Shown: piece by piece, positions 10,222-20,178 of the stretch
Numbering within the stretch: position 1 is the first letter of the stretch
Layout: the number at the start of each line of letters is the position of its first letter
NCBI GenBank assembly: GCA_963676615.1
Contig: OY781092.1
Coordinates: 32,586 to 96,585 of the forward strand
Reading direction: 5' to 3'
Length of the DNA stretch: 64,000 bases
Source: Candidatus Cloacimonadota bacterium
Lineage (GTDB): Bacteria > Cloacimonadota > Cloacimonadia > G963667145
Translations under genes and position numbers: made by a program
Notes under the pieces: model-generated
Told to the model about the DNA's origin: nothing
What the model saw: only the letters and a program-made list of their open reading frames with translations
The model's database searches: none

Positions 10222-11055
10222 GTGCAAAAAGTGAAGCAATTTGATGTTTTGCAAGAGGCTAGTGGGGCAAAGGCTCAAGGCAAAGAGTTCGTTTTGGCAA
10301 CGATTGTAGAGGGCGCAAGCGGCTCTCCTGGTCGTGCTGGCTTCAAGCTGATTTACTATCCAGACGGCTCAACGCTTGGCACTTTGGGTGGTGGCGGTTT
10401 GGAGTTCGACTCACTAAAAATTTGCGCAAAAACTTTGCAAACGAGGGAAAACTCTTTGGCTGAGTTTGAGCTGACCGAAGAGCAGATGAATATGGGATGC
10501 GGGGGAAAGGTGAAAGTTTTTTTCGAATATTTTCCCGCTGTGCGCACTTTTTATCTTTTTGGTTGCGGGCATTTGTGCCAATCGCTGTCTCCAGTATTGA
10601 GCACCCTCGGATTTCGACTTGTGGCAGTGGACAATCGCAGCGAATACGCGACGCAAGAGCGGTTCCCGAATGTTGACAGGGTGATTTGCCAAGATTATTT
10701 GCAATTTTTGGATAATTGGAGCGTGCAAGCGGACGACGCTGTGGCGGTGTTTACGCACGGGCATTCGTTCGATTATGAGATTTTGGCGAAAATTTATGAG
10801 CAGGGCTTTGCTGGGCGCTATTTTGGTTTGATTGGCTCGGCGCGGAAAGTTGCTGGATTTTTGCAAAAGTTGCAGATTAAAAAGGGCAATCCTTTTTTGA
10901 AAAAATTTTACAGTCCGATTGGGCTGAATGTTGCCAAGACGACGACGGCGGAGATAGCGGTGTCTATTGCTGCGGAAGTTTTGGCGGTTTATAATAAAGT
11001 AGATGCGGTGTCCTGTTCACGAGATAGGATGCACGGTTTTTTGGAAAACAAATAG
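10222..11055 (+). CDS. XdhC/CoxI-family accessory protein
   Basis: N-terminal XdhC_CoxI-like VLATIVEGASGSPGRAGFK...GTLGGGGLE and C-terminal Rossmann-like FGCGH. GTG start. Confidence 0.75.
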   Translation: MQKVKQFDVLQEASGAKAQGKEFVLATIVEGASGSPGRAGFKLIYYPDGSTLGTLGGGGLEFDSLKICAKTLQTRENSLAEFELTEEQMNMGCGGKVKVFFEYFPAVRTFYLFGCGHLCQSLSPVLSTLGFRLVAVDNRSEYATQERFPNVDRVICQDYLQFLDNWSVQADDAVAVFTHGHSFDYEILAKIYEQGFAGRYFGLIGSARKVAGFLQKLQIKKGNPFLKKFYSPIGLNVAKTTTAEIAVSIAAEVLAVYNKVDAVSCSRDRMHGFLENK

Positions 11056-11072
11056 TAAAGTAAGGAGATATC

Positions 11073-11270
11073 ATGGCTGGAGGAAGAAGCAAAGGCGCAA
11101 AGCTTGCCCACGAATCTAAGGGTTCTGGCAAAGCGATTTGTCCTGTTTGTGGCACAGAGATCAAGCAAGTGAAGATGATTAGGTCAAAAGTTTCTGCGAA
11201 AGGTGGCTGGTCGCCAAACTATTCGATAGAGTCTGTTTGCAAGTGTAACGAAAAAGATCTTTTGAAGTAG
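11073..11270 (+). CDS. Small basic protein with CPVC...CKC putative zinc ribbon
   Basis: 65-aa ORF with AAGGAG SD. Cys pairs only. Confidence 0.45.
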   Translation: MAGGRSKGAKLAHESKGSGKAICPVCGTEIKQVKMIRSKVSAKGGWSPNYSIESVCKCNEKDLLK

Positions 11271-11276
11271 GGTTTG

Positions 11277-12056
11277 ATGATAAATATTGATTGGAAAAGC
11301 AGATTTGATGAGGACATAAAGTTCTTTCTCAAAGAGAGGTTGCCGGCGCAAGACTTTGATCTAGGGGTGATTTATCGAATTTATCCAATCAGGGACAACG
11401 GAATGGTGCCGATGGAGGTGCTGGAATATATTGGTAAGCGCGTGGCGAAAGCTGGAGATTTGCTGGTTCCTGACTTTTTCGATTTCCTTTGGACGAAATT
11501 GGGTAAAGAGGGAAAGGCTGTTTTGGTGACGGTTTTTGCCGAGTTGACCAAAAAGAAAGCAGATTTTTATCAAGAGTCGGTGTTGCCGTATTTGGAAAAG
11601 GCGCGTGGCGAAGTTTTGAGTCTGATGATTAAAAAAATCGTCGCTCCGGCTTTGCGCAAAGATGTTGGCAAGGGTATAGACACGATTGTGATGCTGGCGA
11701 AAAAAGAGCAAGAAGAGATTAACAAAAGCTTGCTCAGCGTTTTGGCTAGCGGGTTCAAGAAAACCCCAGAGCTGATTGAGCCGTGTTTTTCGCAACTGGC
11801 AACTCTCATTAGCGAAGGTGGCGAGGCAAGCGATAAGCTTTTCGTCGATTTGCTGAAAAAAATTGCCAAGATTGAGCCTGAAGTTTTTACAAAAATTTTC
11901 TGCCAGTTGAGCAAAACCAAAGATGGACACACTGTCGAGGTGCTTAGTAGAGCAGTTTTTGTGAGAAACGACCAGATAAATGCAGAGGTCGATTCTTGGG
12001 GTGCTAGCGGTAATGTCAAAATCAAAAAGAGCTTCGAGAGAGCAAAGAAAAAATAA
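11277..12056 (+). CDS. Hypothetical helical-repeat protein
   Basis: About 260-aa ORF directly after the 65-aa ORF, composed like an all-alpha protein. No motif recognised. Confidence 0.5.
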   Translation: MINIDWKSRFDEDIKFFLKERLPAQDFDLGVIYRIYPIRDNGMVPMEVLEYIGKRVAKAGDLLVPDFFDFLWTKLGKEGKAVLVTVFAELTKKKADFYQESVLPYLEKARGEVLSLMIKKIVAPALRKDVGKGIDTIVMLAKKEQEEINKSLLSVLASGFKKTPELIEPCFSQLATLISEGGEASDKLFVDLLKKIAKIEPEVFTKIFCQLSKTKDGHTVEVLSRAVFVRNDQINAEVDSWGASGNVKIKKSFERAKKK

Positions 12057-12141
12057 AGAGTTACTCTTTAGTTAAGAAAAATAGAGCTTTACTTTGGTGT
12101 TTGCGCTTTTTGCAAAACAAAGTAGAGCTTTTTTTGTGTGA

Positions 12142-13212
12142 TTGAGGAAGAAAGTGCGAAGAAAAAGCAAGCAGATACGGTTGGGCGATCTTTTGATTGG
12201 CGGCGATAGCCCTGTGTCGATTCAGTCGATGTGCACGAGCGACACCAGCGATGTGAGGGCGACGGTCGCTCAGATAAAGGATTTGGAGCGAGTTGGTTGC
12301 CAGGTGGTGCGATTGGCGATTCCCGATTTTGAGGCAGGTGAAGCTTTGCAAAAAATTTTGCCCGAGGCGGAAATCCCAGTGGTGGCAGATATTCATTTCG
12401 ATTATCGGCTGGCGCTGCAGGCAATCGATGCAGGCGTGCAGGGGCTGCGGATCAATCCTGGGAATATTGGCAGCAAGCAAAAGGTGCAAGAGGTGGTTTC
12501 TGCGGCAAAAAGTTGCGGCGTCCCGATTCGCATTGGCGTTAACGCTGGCTCGCTCGACAAGAAGTGGCTGCAAAAATTTGGCGTCTCGGGCAGAGCTCTT
12601 GTCGAGAGCGCTTTGGAGCATGTGGCGATTTTGGAAAGTTGTGGGTTTGAGCAGATTAAGATTTCGGTGAAAGCCTCCAGCGTGCCTTTGATGGTGCAGA
12701 GCTATCGGGAGCTTGCCCAAAAAGTTGACTATCCGCTGCATTTGGGGGTGACCGAAGCTGGCGACGATTATGCGGGGTTGATAAAGTCCAGCATCGGAAT
12801 TGGCGCTCTGCTTTTGGATGGCATCGGAGACACAATACGCGTTTCGCTGACGGCGTCGCCTGTGCAGGAGGTGCTGGCTGCCAAAGAAATCCTCAAGGGG
12901 CTTGGGCTTCGTAAAGGTTTGCAAATTATCTCCTGCCCAACTTGCGGCAGGACAAAAATTGACCTAATCGGCTTGGCGCAAAAAGTAAAAAAAGCGCTGG
13001 AGCCTTATCAAGACAAAAATCTGAAAGTTGCGGTGATGGGCTGCGTGGTAAACGGACCGCAAGAGGCGAAAGAGGCGGATTTCGGTGTGGCTGGCGGCAG
13101 CAAAGAGGGACTGCTTTTTGCCAAGGGTAAGATAATTAAAAAAGTGCCCGAGGCGGAGCTTTTAGACGAGTTAATATCGCTGATACAGCAAAAGGAAGGA
13201 GAAATTGTTTAG
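12142..13212 (+). CDS. ispG: 4-hydroxy-3-methylbut-2-en-1-yl diphosphate synthase
   Basis: SIQSMCTSDT, ADIHFDYRLA, RINPGNIG and the C-terminal CPTCGR...MGCVVNGPQEA cluster motifs. Start may be GTG 12154. Confidence 0.92.
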   Translation: MRKKVRRKSKQIRLGDLLIGGDSPVSIQSMCTSDTSDVRATVAQIKDLERVGCQVVRLAIPDFEAGEALQKILPEAEIPVVADIHFDYRLALQAIDAGVQGLRINPGNIGSKQKVQEVVSAAKSCGVPIRIGVNAGSLDKKWLQKFGVSGRALVESALEHVAILESCGFEQIKISVKASSVPLMVQSYRELAQKVDYPLHLGVTEAGDDYAGLIKSSIGIGALLLDGIGDTIRVSLTASPVQEVLAAKEILKGLGLRKGLQIISCPTCGRTKIDLIGLAQKVKKALEPYQDKNLKVAVMGCVVNGPQEAKEADFGVAGGSKEGLLFAKGKIIKKVPEAELLDELISLIQQKEGEIV

Positions 13213-15124
13213 CAAAATTCGAGCCAAAAATGTGGCTGACAAAAGATTTATCCTTTTTGAAGGACGAAGGTATAATTTGGATTCAAATTCTGGAGCTGTT
13301 TTTTCTTTAATAAAAAGTAAAAGCAGTTTTGCGAACCGATATGCGGCGATAAGTAACTCTTTGAGCAAGAAAAGTTTATACTATCTTTTTCAGGGGGTGT
13401 ACTCTTCTGCAGAGTTGGAATTGCGTCTTAGAGAGTTGGACAATTTTTTTCTTTATATAAAGGGGATGTTGGAGACGATTGTCGATGTTGGGCACGATGC
13501 GATTATTTATTTGGAGCGTGATGACCAACAGAAATTTATGGCTTCCGTTGCTTCTATTGGCGGAAACGACAAGCAAAAAGCTTTTTTGAACTACATTCAA
13601 GGGGTCTATTTTCTTGGCAAATACTCTTTTAATTTGGCAATTCCAAAATTTTTGGAGGCGATAAAGCTTGATCCAAAAAATTTGAAATATCGAAACGAGT
13701 TGGTTTTTTCTTATATAAAATTGGGCGATTTTGAGAAAGCTCGGGAGGAAAGTGGGCGAAGTTTGCGGCAAGAGGTAAATAGCGGATCTTCTGAACTGGC
13801 AATTTGTTACGCTTATTTGATGATTATTTGCGACAAAATGGGTGAGTTTGAAAAAGCGAAAATGTGCGAAAAAAAAGCAGAAAGTTTAGGAATAAATCGA
13901 GGTCGTTTTGCTTGGGACAACTTTCGTTATGCTAAAACGGCAAAACTTTTGGGAGATGCGCTGTATTGCTGGGGTAAATATGAACAGGCGAGGAACTATT
14001 ACAGCAACGGGCTTACTTTGAATTCGAGAATGTTGAAAAACAATCGCAGTTTGCTTTTAGATCTTGATCTTTTGTGTTCGTGTTGTGACGCTTGGCTCAA
14101 GACAGGAAAAATCGGTAAAGCCGCAGAGTATGCAGAAAAAGCTCACAAATATCTTGCTTCGTGGGTAAAAGGAAAATCTTTTCGAAAAGCGTGGATTTCC
14201 AATTTGAAAGGACGCATTAAAGAGATTAGGGGTGATTTTTCTCAAGCGGCTTTTGATTATAGGGCGGCTGTAGTTGAGTTGGAGGGCAGTGCTGGAAGTT
14301 TTCACATCGTCTCTAGCGTAATTTACGCCGATTACGCTCGTTGCAATTTGAAAGGGCATTTAGAGGAGTTCGTGCACGACAATCTGGGCAAAGGAGCAAA
14401 CGCCTGCAAAAGTGGAGAGATAACCAAAGACGACGATAAATTTAACTCCATTTTTGCTTTTGCTCGAATTTCGAAAAATTTAAGGAATTATGAAACGGCG
14501 ATAAAATTTTATAAAAGAGCGATCAAAAAATATACAGTGGAGTTTGGCAAAGTTAGTTTCAAGGTTTTTACCGCTCAAAAATCTTTGGCGAAATGCTACT
14601 TTGCTTTGCAAAAAAAAGCAAAGACAAGAAAGTATATTTTAGCAGCCCTTTATACATACAGGTCTCTGGGTTTGCCAGCGTATCCAGAAGTAATGACCTT
14701 ATACATTTTGTATGGCGATTTGTATTTTTTGGACAAAAATATAGTTTCTGCAATAAAAGCTTACGAAAAAAGTTTGTTGTTTGCCACGCAAAATTTTGGA
14801 TCTGTAACCTCTTTAACCGTAGATGTTTACAGAAGATTGTGTAAAATTTATGAACATTTGGGCGTTTATGATAAAGCTATTTCTTACTTTAATAAAGTTT
14901 TGACTTACGCCAGCAAAAATTTTCGAGAAAGCGAAGAATTTCTTATTGACGATTACGAATATTTGGGCTCTTTATGGGAAAAAAGCGGCAATATGGGTAA
15001 AGCTGAACAGTATTATTTTAACGCTTATCAAAGCAGTATGCAAAACTTAGGTGTGTTTGATAAAAGGACAGTTCAAGCCAAAAAGCAGCTAGAGAGGGTC
15101 ATCGAAAAGATGGACAAAAGATAG
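13205..15124 (+). CDS. Tetratricopeptide-repeat protein
   Basis: Repeated A..Y...AL..-type 34-aa helical repeats throughout. Start uncertain (TTG 13205 or GTG 13232). Confidence 0.7.
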   Translation: MFSKIRAKNVADKRFILFEGRRYNLDSNSGAVFSLIKSKSSFANRYAAISNSLSKKSLYYLFQGVYSSAELELRLRELDNFFLYIKGMLETIVDVGHDAIIYLERDDQQKFMASVASIGGNDKQKAFLNYIQGVYFLGKYSFNLAIPKFLEAIKLDPKNLKYRNELVFSYIKLGDFEKAREESGRSLRQEVNSGSSELAICYAYLMIICDKMGEFEKAKMCEKKAESLGINRGRFAWDNFRYAKTAKLLGDALYCWGKYEQARNYYSNGLTLNSRMLKNNRSLLLDLDLLCSCCDAWLKTGKIGKAAEYAEKAHKYLASWVKGKSFRKAWISNLKGRIKEIRGDFSQAAFDYRAAVVELEGSAGSFHIVSSVIYADYARCNLKGHLEEFVHDNLGKGANACKSGEITKDDDKFNSIFAFARISKNLRNYETAIKFYKRAIKKYTVEFGKVSFKVFTAQKSLAKCYFALQKKAKTRKYILAALYTYRSLGLPAYPEVMTLYILYGDLYFLDKNIVSAIKAYEKSLLFATQNFGSVTSLTVDVYRRLCKIYEHLGVYDKAISYFNKVLTYASKNFRESEEFLIDDYEYLGSLWEKSGNMGKAEQYYFNAYQSSMQNLGVFDKRTVQAKKQLERVIEKMDKR

Positions 15125-15134
15125 CTTTGGGAGA

Positions 15135-15842
15135 ATGTTGACGATGAAAAAATTTGTGTATGGATGCTTTTGGTTGGTGCTGCTTTGCACTTCGATTTTG
15201 CCGTTTGTGCTGTTTTTTTTGCTTTTCCCGTTTCGGAAAATTCGCGATTGCGTGGCTCGCTCTTTCGCTTTTTTCTACTCTCGCTCGGCGATTTTTTTCA
15301 CGGGGAGCAAGTTTGCGGTAGTTGGCAGAGAAAATCTGCCTACTGGGAACTTTTTGGCGGTGGCAAATCATCAAAATGTTTTGGATATACCCGTGGTCAT
15401 TTGTGCGATTCCCGATAAAATCGGCTTTGTTGCCAAAAAGGAGCTGTTCAAGGTGCCGATGCTGGCGATGTGGATGCGTGTTTTGGGCTGCATTCGTCTT
15501 GATCGCCTAAACGCGCGGAAGTCGGCGTCTGCGGTGCTAAAGGGTGTGAAAAAACTTGAGCGAGGCTACAATTTGTTGGTATTTCCCGAAGGCAGCCGCA
15601 GCAAAGACGGCAAAATCAAGAAGTTCAAGCCCGGCAGCGTGAAGATGGCGATGCTTGCGGATGTGCCGATTGTGCCAATCACCTGCATCGGCACGGCGAC
15701 TCCTTTTGCACACGAAAATATCATCAAGGCGATAATTCATCCGCCGATTTCTTGTCTTGGGAAAAGCAGTAAAGAGGTCGCCAGCGTTGCTCAAAAAGCG
15801 GTCGAGAGCAAATTTTCTTTTGTCAAACAGATAGCAAAATAG
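15135..15842 (+). CDS. plsC: 1-acyl-sn-glycerol-3-phosphate acyltransferase
   Basis: NHQNVLD (HX4D) and FPEGSRS motifs, with an N-terminal TM. Confidence 0.85.
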   Translation: MLTMKKFVYGCFWLVLLCTSILPFVLFFLLFPFRKIRDCVARSFAFFYSRSAIFFTGSKFAVVGRENLPTGNFLAVANHQNVLDIPVVICAIPDKIGFVAKKELFKVPMLAMWMRVLGCIRLDRLNARKSASAVLKGVKKLERGYNLLVFPEGSRSKDGKIKKFKPGSVKMAMLADVPIVPITCIGTATPFAHENIIKAIIHPPISCLGKSSKEVASVAQKAVESKFSFVKQIAK

Positions 15843-15926
15843 GCAAAATTTGTCGATGAACAAATCTTTTTCCAAAAATGTAAAAATAGCTTGCTTTGAT
15901 GAGCTTCCACAATTTTCTGACTCTAA

Positions 15927-16328
15927 ATGGTAAAATTTCTCAAAATTAAAAAAAATAGGTGTTTTTTGCTTTGTTTAGCGGCGGCTTGCTCTTTTTTTGC
16001 GTGCCAATCTTCGTCCGCTGGAGCGCAGGCGATCGAGCTGGAGATTGTCAACGGTTGCGGGCAAGTGGATGCGGCGATTCAGTTCAAAGAGGTGGTCTCG
16101 AGCGGCAAACTTTCTGTCAAGTCGATAAAAAACGCTCCTAACTTTAACTATAACAAGACGATAATCGTCAGCAGAACCGAGAATATGGTGGATATAAATA
16201 TTGTGAAATCTTTGCTCAAGATAGACGATGTGGAGGTAATTTCCGACACAAACAGCAATGTGAAGTTCACGGTTTATCTGGGTAACGATTTCAAAAAAGT
16301 GATAAAAAGGATTAAGGATGATCGATAA
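15927..16328 (+). CDS. Lipoprotein with LytR_C-like domain
   Basis: Lipobox-like LAAACSFFAC. IELEIVNGCG...KTIIVSR resembles the LytR C-terminal domain. Confidence 0.45.
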   Translation: MVKFLKIKKNRCFLLCLAAACSFFACQSSSAGAQAIELEIVNGCGQVDAAIQFKEVVSSGKLSVKSIKNAPNFNYNKTIIVSRTENMVDINIVKSLLKIDDVEVISDTNSNVKFTVYLGNDFKKVIKRIKDDR

Positions 16329-16629
16329 GTTGGTGCAATGGCTGGACGAGATGAAAGCTCTGGATATCAAGTGCTACGATTTGCGGGGCAAAATCTCCTA
16401 TGCGGATATGGTGATTGTGTGCACGGCGAATAACGAAAAACACGCCGAATCGACCGCCAGATATTTGATGGATAAGTCCAAAGAAGCGGGAATGTCGCTG
16501 TTTGGCAAAGAGGGATTGGGGTCAAAGTGGGTCTTGCTGGACTATTCCGATGTGATTGTCCATATTTTTTTGGAAGAGACTAGAAAATATTACGACTTAG
16601 AAAATTTTTGGAGTGGCATAAATGATTAA
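16318..16629 (+). CDS. rsfS: Ribosome silencing factor RsfS
   Basis: ADMVIVCTA...H..S....L, WVLLDYSDVIVHIF and YYDLENFW motifs. Confidence 0.85.
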   Translation: MIDKLVQWLDEMKALDIKCYDLRGKISYADMVIVCTANNEKHAESTARYLMDKSKEAGMSLFGKEGLGSKWVLLDYSDVIVHIFLEETRKYYDLENFWSGIND

Positions 16630-18262
16630 AGAGATTATTGCTCAAGACTTGCATAACTGCTTGCAGGAGTTGAATATAGAGCCGAAAAAGGTGCTGGTGC
16701 TGGACGCTGATCCAAAATTTGGAGATTACAGCTCGAATGTGGCGATGGTGCACGCCAAGTCGGTGAAGATGAAAATTGACGAGCTGGCAAAAAAAATCGC
16801 CGACCATCTTTCCAAAAGTAAATATTACAAAAAAGTTGAGGTCGCCAAGGGCGGTTTCATCAACTTTGTTTTGAACGCAAATATCTATCATGACGCAATT
16901 TTGAGCGTTGAGAAAAGCAAATTTGAGGGTCTGGATTACGGCAAAGGGCAAAAAGTTTTGGTGGAGTTCGTTAGCGCAAATCCGACTGGACCGCTGAACA
17001 TCGTCAGCGCGCGTGCTGCCAGCTATGGCGACACTCTTTGCGCGGTGATGAATTTCATCGGATACAAAGCCACTCGTGAGTTTTACATCAACGACTACGG
17101 CAATCAAATCGATATTTTGGCGGAGTCTATCGAAATTCGCTATAAGGAGCTGATTAGCGGCGTCGAGCAGGAGTTCCCCGTGGAGGCGTATCACGGCGAG
17201 TATGTAAAGGAGATTGCCCAGAAAATCGTGGACATCGACGGCACGAAGTTGCTCTCTTTTTCCAACGAAGACCGCGATCGTCGCATCAAGAAGTTTGCTT
17301 TGTATGAAATGCTGAAGTCGCAAAAAAATTCGCTGGCGGCTTTTCGAGTGGAGTTCGACAATTGGGTCTCCGAAAAAGCTTTGCGGGACGACAATATGGT
17401 CGAAGAGGCGCTAAGTTACCTCTCAGAAGCGGGTTACACCTATGAAAGAGACGAGGCTGTTTGGTTCAAATCGACACTTTTTGGCGACGAAAAAGACCGC
17501 ATTTTGATGAAATCGGACGGAAACACGACCTACTTTGTGCCCGATATTGGCTATCATATCAACAAATATCAACGCGGCTACGATGTGCTAATCGATGTTT
17601 TGGGACCAGATCATCACGGCTACCTAAAGCGGATGTGGGCGGCGATAAAGGCGATTGGCTATCCCGCAGAAAAGTTGGAGTTCGTCATTTTGCAGCAGGT
17701 AAATCTCTACGACGGCGACGAGCAGGTGAAGATGAGCAAGCGCGAGGGCAAAATTGTGAAGATGGACGATTTGATAAAAGAGGTTGGCACGGATGCGGCT
17801 CGCTTTTTCTTTTTGGATCGCAAAACCACTTCGCACCTGAATTTCGATTTGGAACTTGCAAAAAAGAAGACGAGCGAAAATCCCGTTTACTATTGCCAAT
17901 ACGCTCACGCAAGAATCGCCAGCCTCATCAAAAAAGCGAAGAAAGAGAAGATTTTGCTCAAAAAATTCAAGCCTGAGCAGATGAAACTTTTGAAAGGCAA
18001 ACAAGAGATTTCGTTGATGAAAAAGATTTTGCAATTCCCAGAGACTTTGGCGCTGGTGGCTTCCAGCAGAGAGCCGAACAAGCTCACCAACTACACTTGC
18101 GATTTGGCTGGGCTCTATCACAAATATTACGGAAGCAGCAAAATGATAAATGCGGACAACCCAGAATTGACGCTGGCTCGCTTGTTTTTGTCCTCGTGTG
18201 TAAAAATGACTTTGGGAAAAGCGTTGTCTTTGATGGGCATCACCGCTCCCGAAAAAATGTAG
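16622..18262 (+). CDS. argS: Arginine--tRNA ligase
   Basis: Class I motifs SANPTGPLNIVSAR (HIGH-like) and KMSKREGK, plus the DALR-type anticodon-binding C-terminus. Confidence 0.93.
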   Translation: MIKEIIAQDLHNCLQELNIEPKKVLVLDADPKFGDYSSNVAMVHAKSVKMKIDELAKKIADHLSKSKYYKKVEVAKGGFINFVLNANIYHDAILSVEKSKFEGLDYGKGQKVLVEFVSANPTGPLNIVSARAASYGDTLCAVMNFIGYKATREFYINDYGNQIDILAESIEIRYKELISGVEQEFPVEAYHGEYVKEIAQKIVDIDGTKLLSFSNEDRDRRIKKFALYEMLKSQKNSLAAFRVEFDNWVSEKALRDDNMVEEALSYLSEAGYTYERDEAVWFKSTLFGDEKDRILMKSDGNTTYFVPDIGYHINKYQRGYDVLIDVLGPDHHGYLKRMWAAIKAIGYPAEKLEFVILQQVNLYDGDEQVKMSKREGKIVKMDDLIKEVGTDAARFFFLDRKTTSHLNFDLELAKKKTSENPVYYCQYAHARIASLIKKAKKEKILLKKFKPEQMKLLKGKQEISLMKKILQFPETLALVASSREPNKLTNYTCDLAGLYHKYYGSSKMINADNPELTLARLFLSSCVKMTLGKALSLMGITAPEKM

Positions 18263-18291
18263 TAAATTTATAGATCCTAAAAGGAGATTTT

Positions 18292-19521
18292 ATGGAAGAT
18301 AAATCTTTGATGTGGGTAGAAAATAAGCTATCCAAAACGGAATTACCGAAAAAAATGTTTCCTGTGGAAATTTCGCGTGAAGCTCGCAAGTTTCACAAGC
18401 AAATTCCAGGTTACAGCATATCGCCGCTTCGCAGTCTGGCAAATTTGGCTCAGATGTTTGGAGTCGGCGGAATTTGGGCAAAAGACGAAGCCGTTCGTCT
18501 GGAACTGAACTCGTTCAAGGTGCTAGGCGGCTCTTTCGCAATCTATCAATATGTGAAAGAAAAGCTCGGCGTCGATGCGAGCAAAATGAGCTACGACTAC
18601 CTGATTTCAGACGAGGTAAAGAAAAAGCTCGGCACGATAATTTTTGCTTCGGCAACCGACGGCAACCACGGCCGCGGAATTGCTTGGGCTGCTCAAAAAT
18701 TGGGACACAAATGTGAAATTTATGTGCACGCCGAGACCTCACAACGCCGAATTGATGCGATAAAAGGCTACGGCGCAAATGTTACCGTGATCAAAGGAAA
18801 CTACGACGACGCCGTGAAACAATGCTGGAACGACGCCGCCAAAAACGGCTGGGAAGTTATCTCGGATACCTCTTGGGACGGCTACGAGGCTGTGCCAACT
18901 TGGATTATGCAAGGCTACACCACGATGATGAGCGAAATTCAGGAGCAGTTTGCGGCACAAGGAATCATCAAGCCGACTCACATTTTTGTGCAAGCTGGAG
19001 TGGGCGCTCTCGCCTGCGCTGTGGTTGGATTTTACAACAGCCTGTTCCCAGACGATCCACCAATCAGCGTGATTGTGGAGCCAGACAACGCCGCTTGTCT
19101 ATACCATTCTGCCACTGTCGGCGACGGCAAACCTCACACCGTGGACGGCTCGCTCTCGACCATAATGGCTGGTTTGGCTTGCGGAGAGCCTAGCCCACTT
19201 GCCTGGAACCTCCTCAAAGATTGCTCCTCGGCGTTCATCTCTTGCCCAGACTATATCGCCGCCAAAGGAATGCGCATCTACGCCACACCGCTCAAAGGCG
19301 ACCCTTTTGTTGTTTCTGGCGAGTCTGGCGCAGTAACTTTGGGCGCACTTATAACCATCCTCAAAGAGAAGCATTTGGCAGATTTGAAAGAAAAAATCGG
19401 ATTGGACGAAAACTCACAAATCCTTTTGGTAAACACCGAGGGAAATACCGATCCAGTGCTGTTCCGCCAAGTCATTTGGGAGGGAGCAAACCCTGTGCCA
19501 AGCGACCATTGGACAGAATAG
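18292..19521 (+). CDS. dpaL: Diaminopropionate ammonia-lyase (PLP fold type II)
   Basis: LNSFKVLGGSFAI (PLP lysine) and ASATDGNHGRGIAWAA. Length about 409 aa. Confidence 0.8.
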   Translation: MEDKSLMWVENKLSKTELPKKMFPVEISREARKFHKQIPGYSISPLRSLANLAQMFGVGGIWAKDEAVRLELNSFKVLGGSFAIYQYVKEKLGVDASKMSYDYLISDEVKKKLGTIIFASATDGNHGRGIAWAAQKLGHKCEIYVHAETSQRRIDAIKGYGANVTVIKGNYDDAVKQCWNDAAKNGWEVISDTSWDGYEAVPTWIMQGYTTMMSEIQEQFAAQGIIKPTHIFVQAGVGALACAVVGFYNSLFPDDPPISVIVEPDNAACLYHSATVGDGKPHTVDGSLSTIMAGLACGEPSPLAWNLLKDCSSAFISCPDYIAAKGMRIYATPLKGDPFVVSGESGAVTLGALITILKEKHLADLKEKIGLDENSQILLVNTEGNTDPVLFRQVIWEGANPVPSDHWTE

Positions 19522-19541
19522 AAAAAACGCAATATAATCGA

Positions 19542-19579
19542 AAGCGAACTTGTCTCTTGTGGGCGAGTTCGCTTTTTTC
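19542..19579. terminator. Bidirectional hairpin terminator between convergent dpaL and ECF T-component gene
   Basis: AAGCGAACT ... AGTTCGCTT stem followed by a T-run, in a convergent intergenic region. Confidence 0.6.
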
Positions 19580-20178
19580 TAAAGGCGTGCTTCCAGCGAT
19601 TTGCTGAGTTTGTCCGCCGCTTCAAAGCAGATAATCAGCAGCGGGAAAAGCTTGTAGATTATTCTCTGAAAAGGATTTAGGCGAACAATCCGTGATTTTT
19701 GGGCGAGATTTAGCTGCCCCATTTTATGCGAAATGATAGGTATCAGCGAAAAAATCAGAAAGACAATCAGAAAAACTTTTTTTCGCCAACTTTTGCTAAA
19801 AAAAACAAAGCGTGAAACGCTCTGAGCGATTTGATAGGGGGTCGTGCTGAACACAAAAAAAATGTTGAGAATCAGGACTGCCGACAGGCGCAGCGTGTAA
19901 AAAAATGGCTGCCGAAGCTGACCGATTTGCAGGTTTTGGTAGTCGATGTTCAAAAGTGAGCTGAGGGCGAAAATCGAAACAAAAAAAACGGCGAGCTGTT
20001 TCCAGCCGTCGATTTTCCAAAAAATTTTGCCGAGCAATAAAATTGCGGTGAGCGCCAAGATTTTTGGCTCGTTTATGCGAAAAATAAGGTAGGAAAAAAT
20101 GGCGATAGCCAGCAATTTTAACAGTGGGGGAGCTTTGTGCAAGACCGTTTTTTTTGGGCTGTAAAAAAATATTTTCAT
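19579..20178 (-). CDS. ECF transporter T component (CbiQ/BioN-like)
   Basis: Polytopic membrane protein. ATG 20178 makes an ATGA overlap with the ATPase stop. Downstream of bioY and the ATPase. Confidence 0.65.
   Translation of the reverse strand: MKIFFYSPKKTVLHKAPPLLKLLAIAIFSYLIFRINEPKILALTAILLLGKIFWKIDGWKQLAVFFVSIFALSSLLNIDYQNLQIGQLRQPFFYTLRLSAVLILNIFFVFSTTPYQIAQSVSRFVFFSKSWRKKVFLIVFLIFSLIPIISHKMGQLNLAQKSRIVRLNPFQRIIYKLFPLLIICFEAADKLSKSLEARL

Noticed and set aside
12061-12924. 287-aa minus-strand ORF
   Set aside because: It is entirely antisense to ispG, which has unambiguous motifs. The translation is Arg/His/Gln-rich shadow sequence with no SD.
16580-17323. 247-aa minus-strand ORF
   Set aside because: It is antisense to argS, so it is a shadow ORF.
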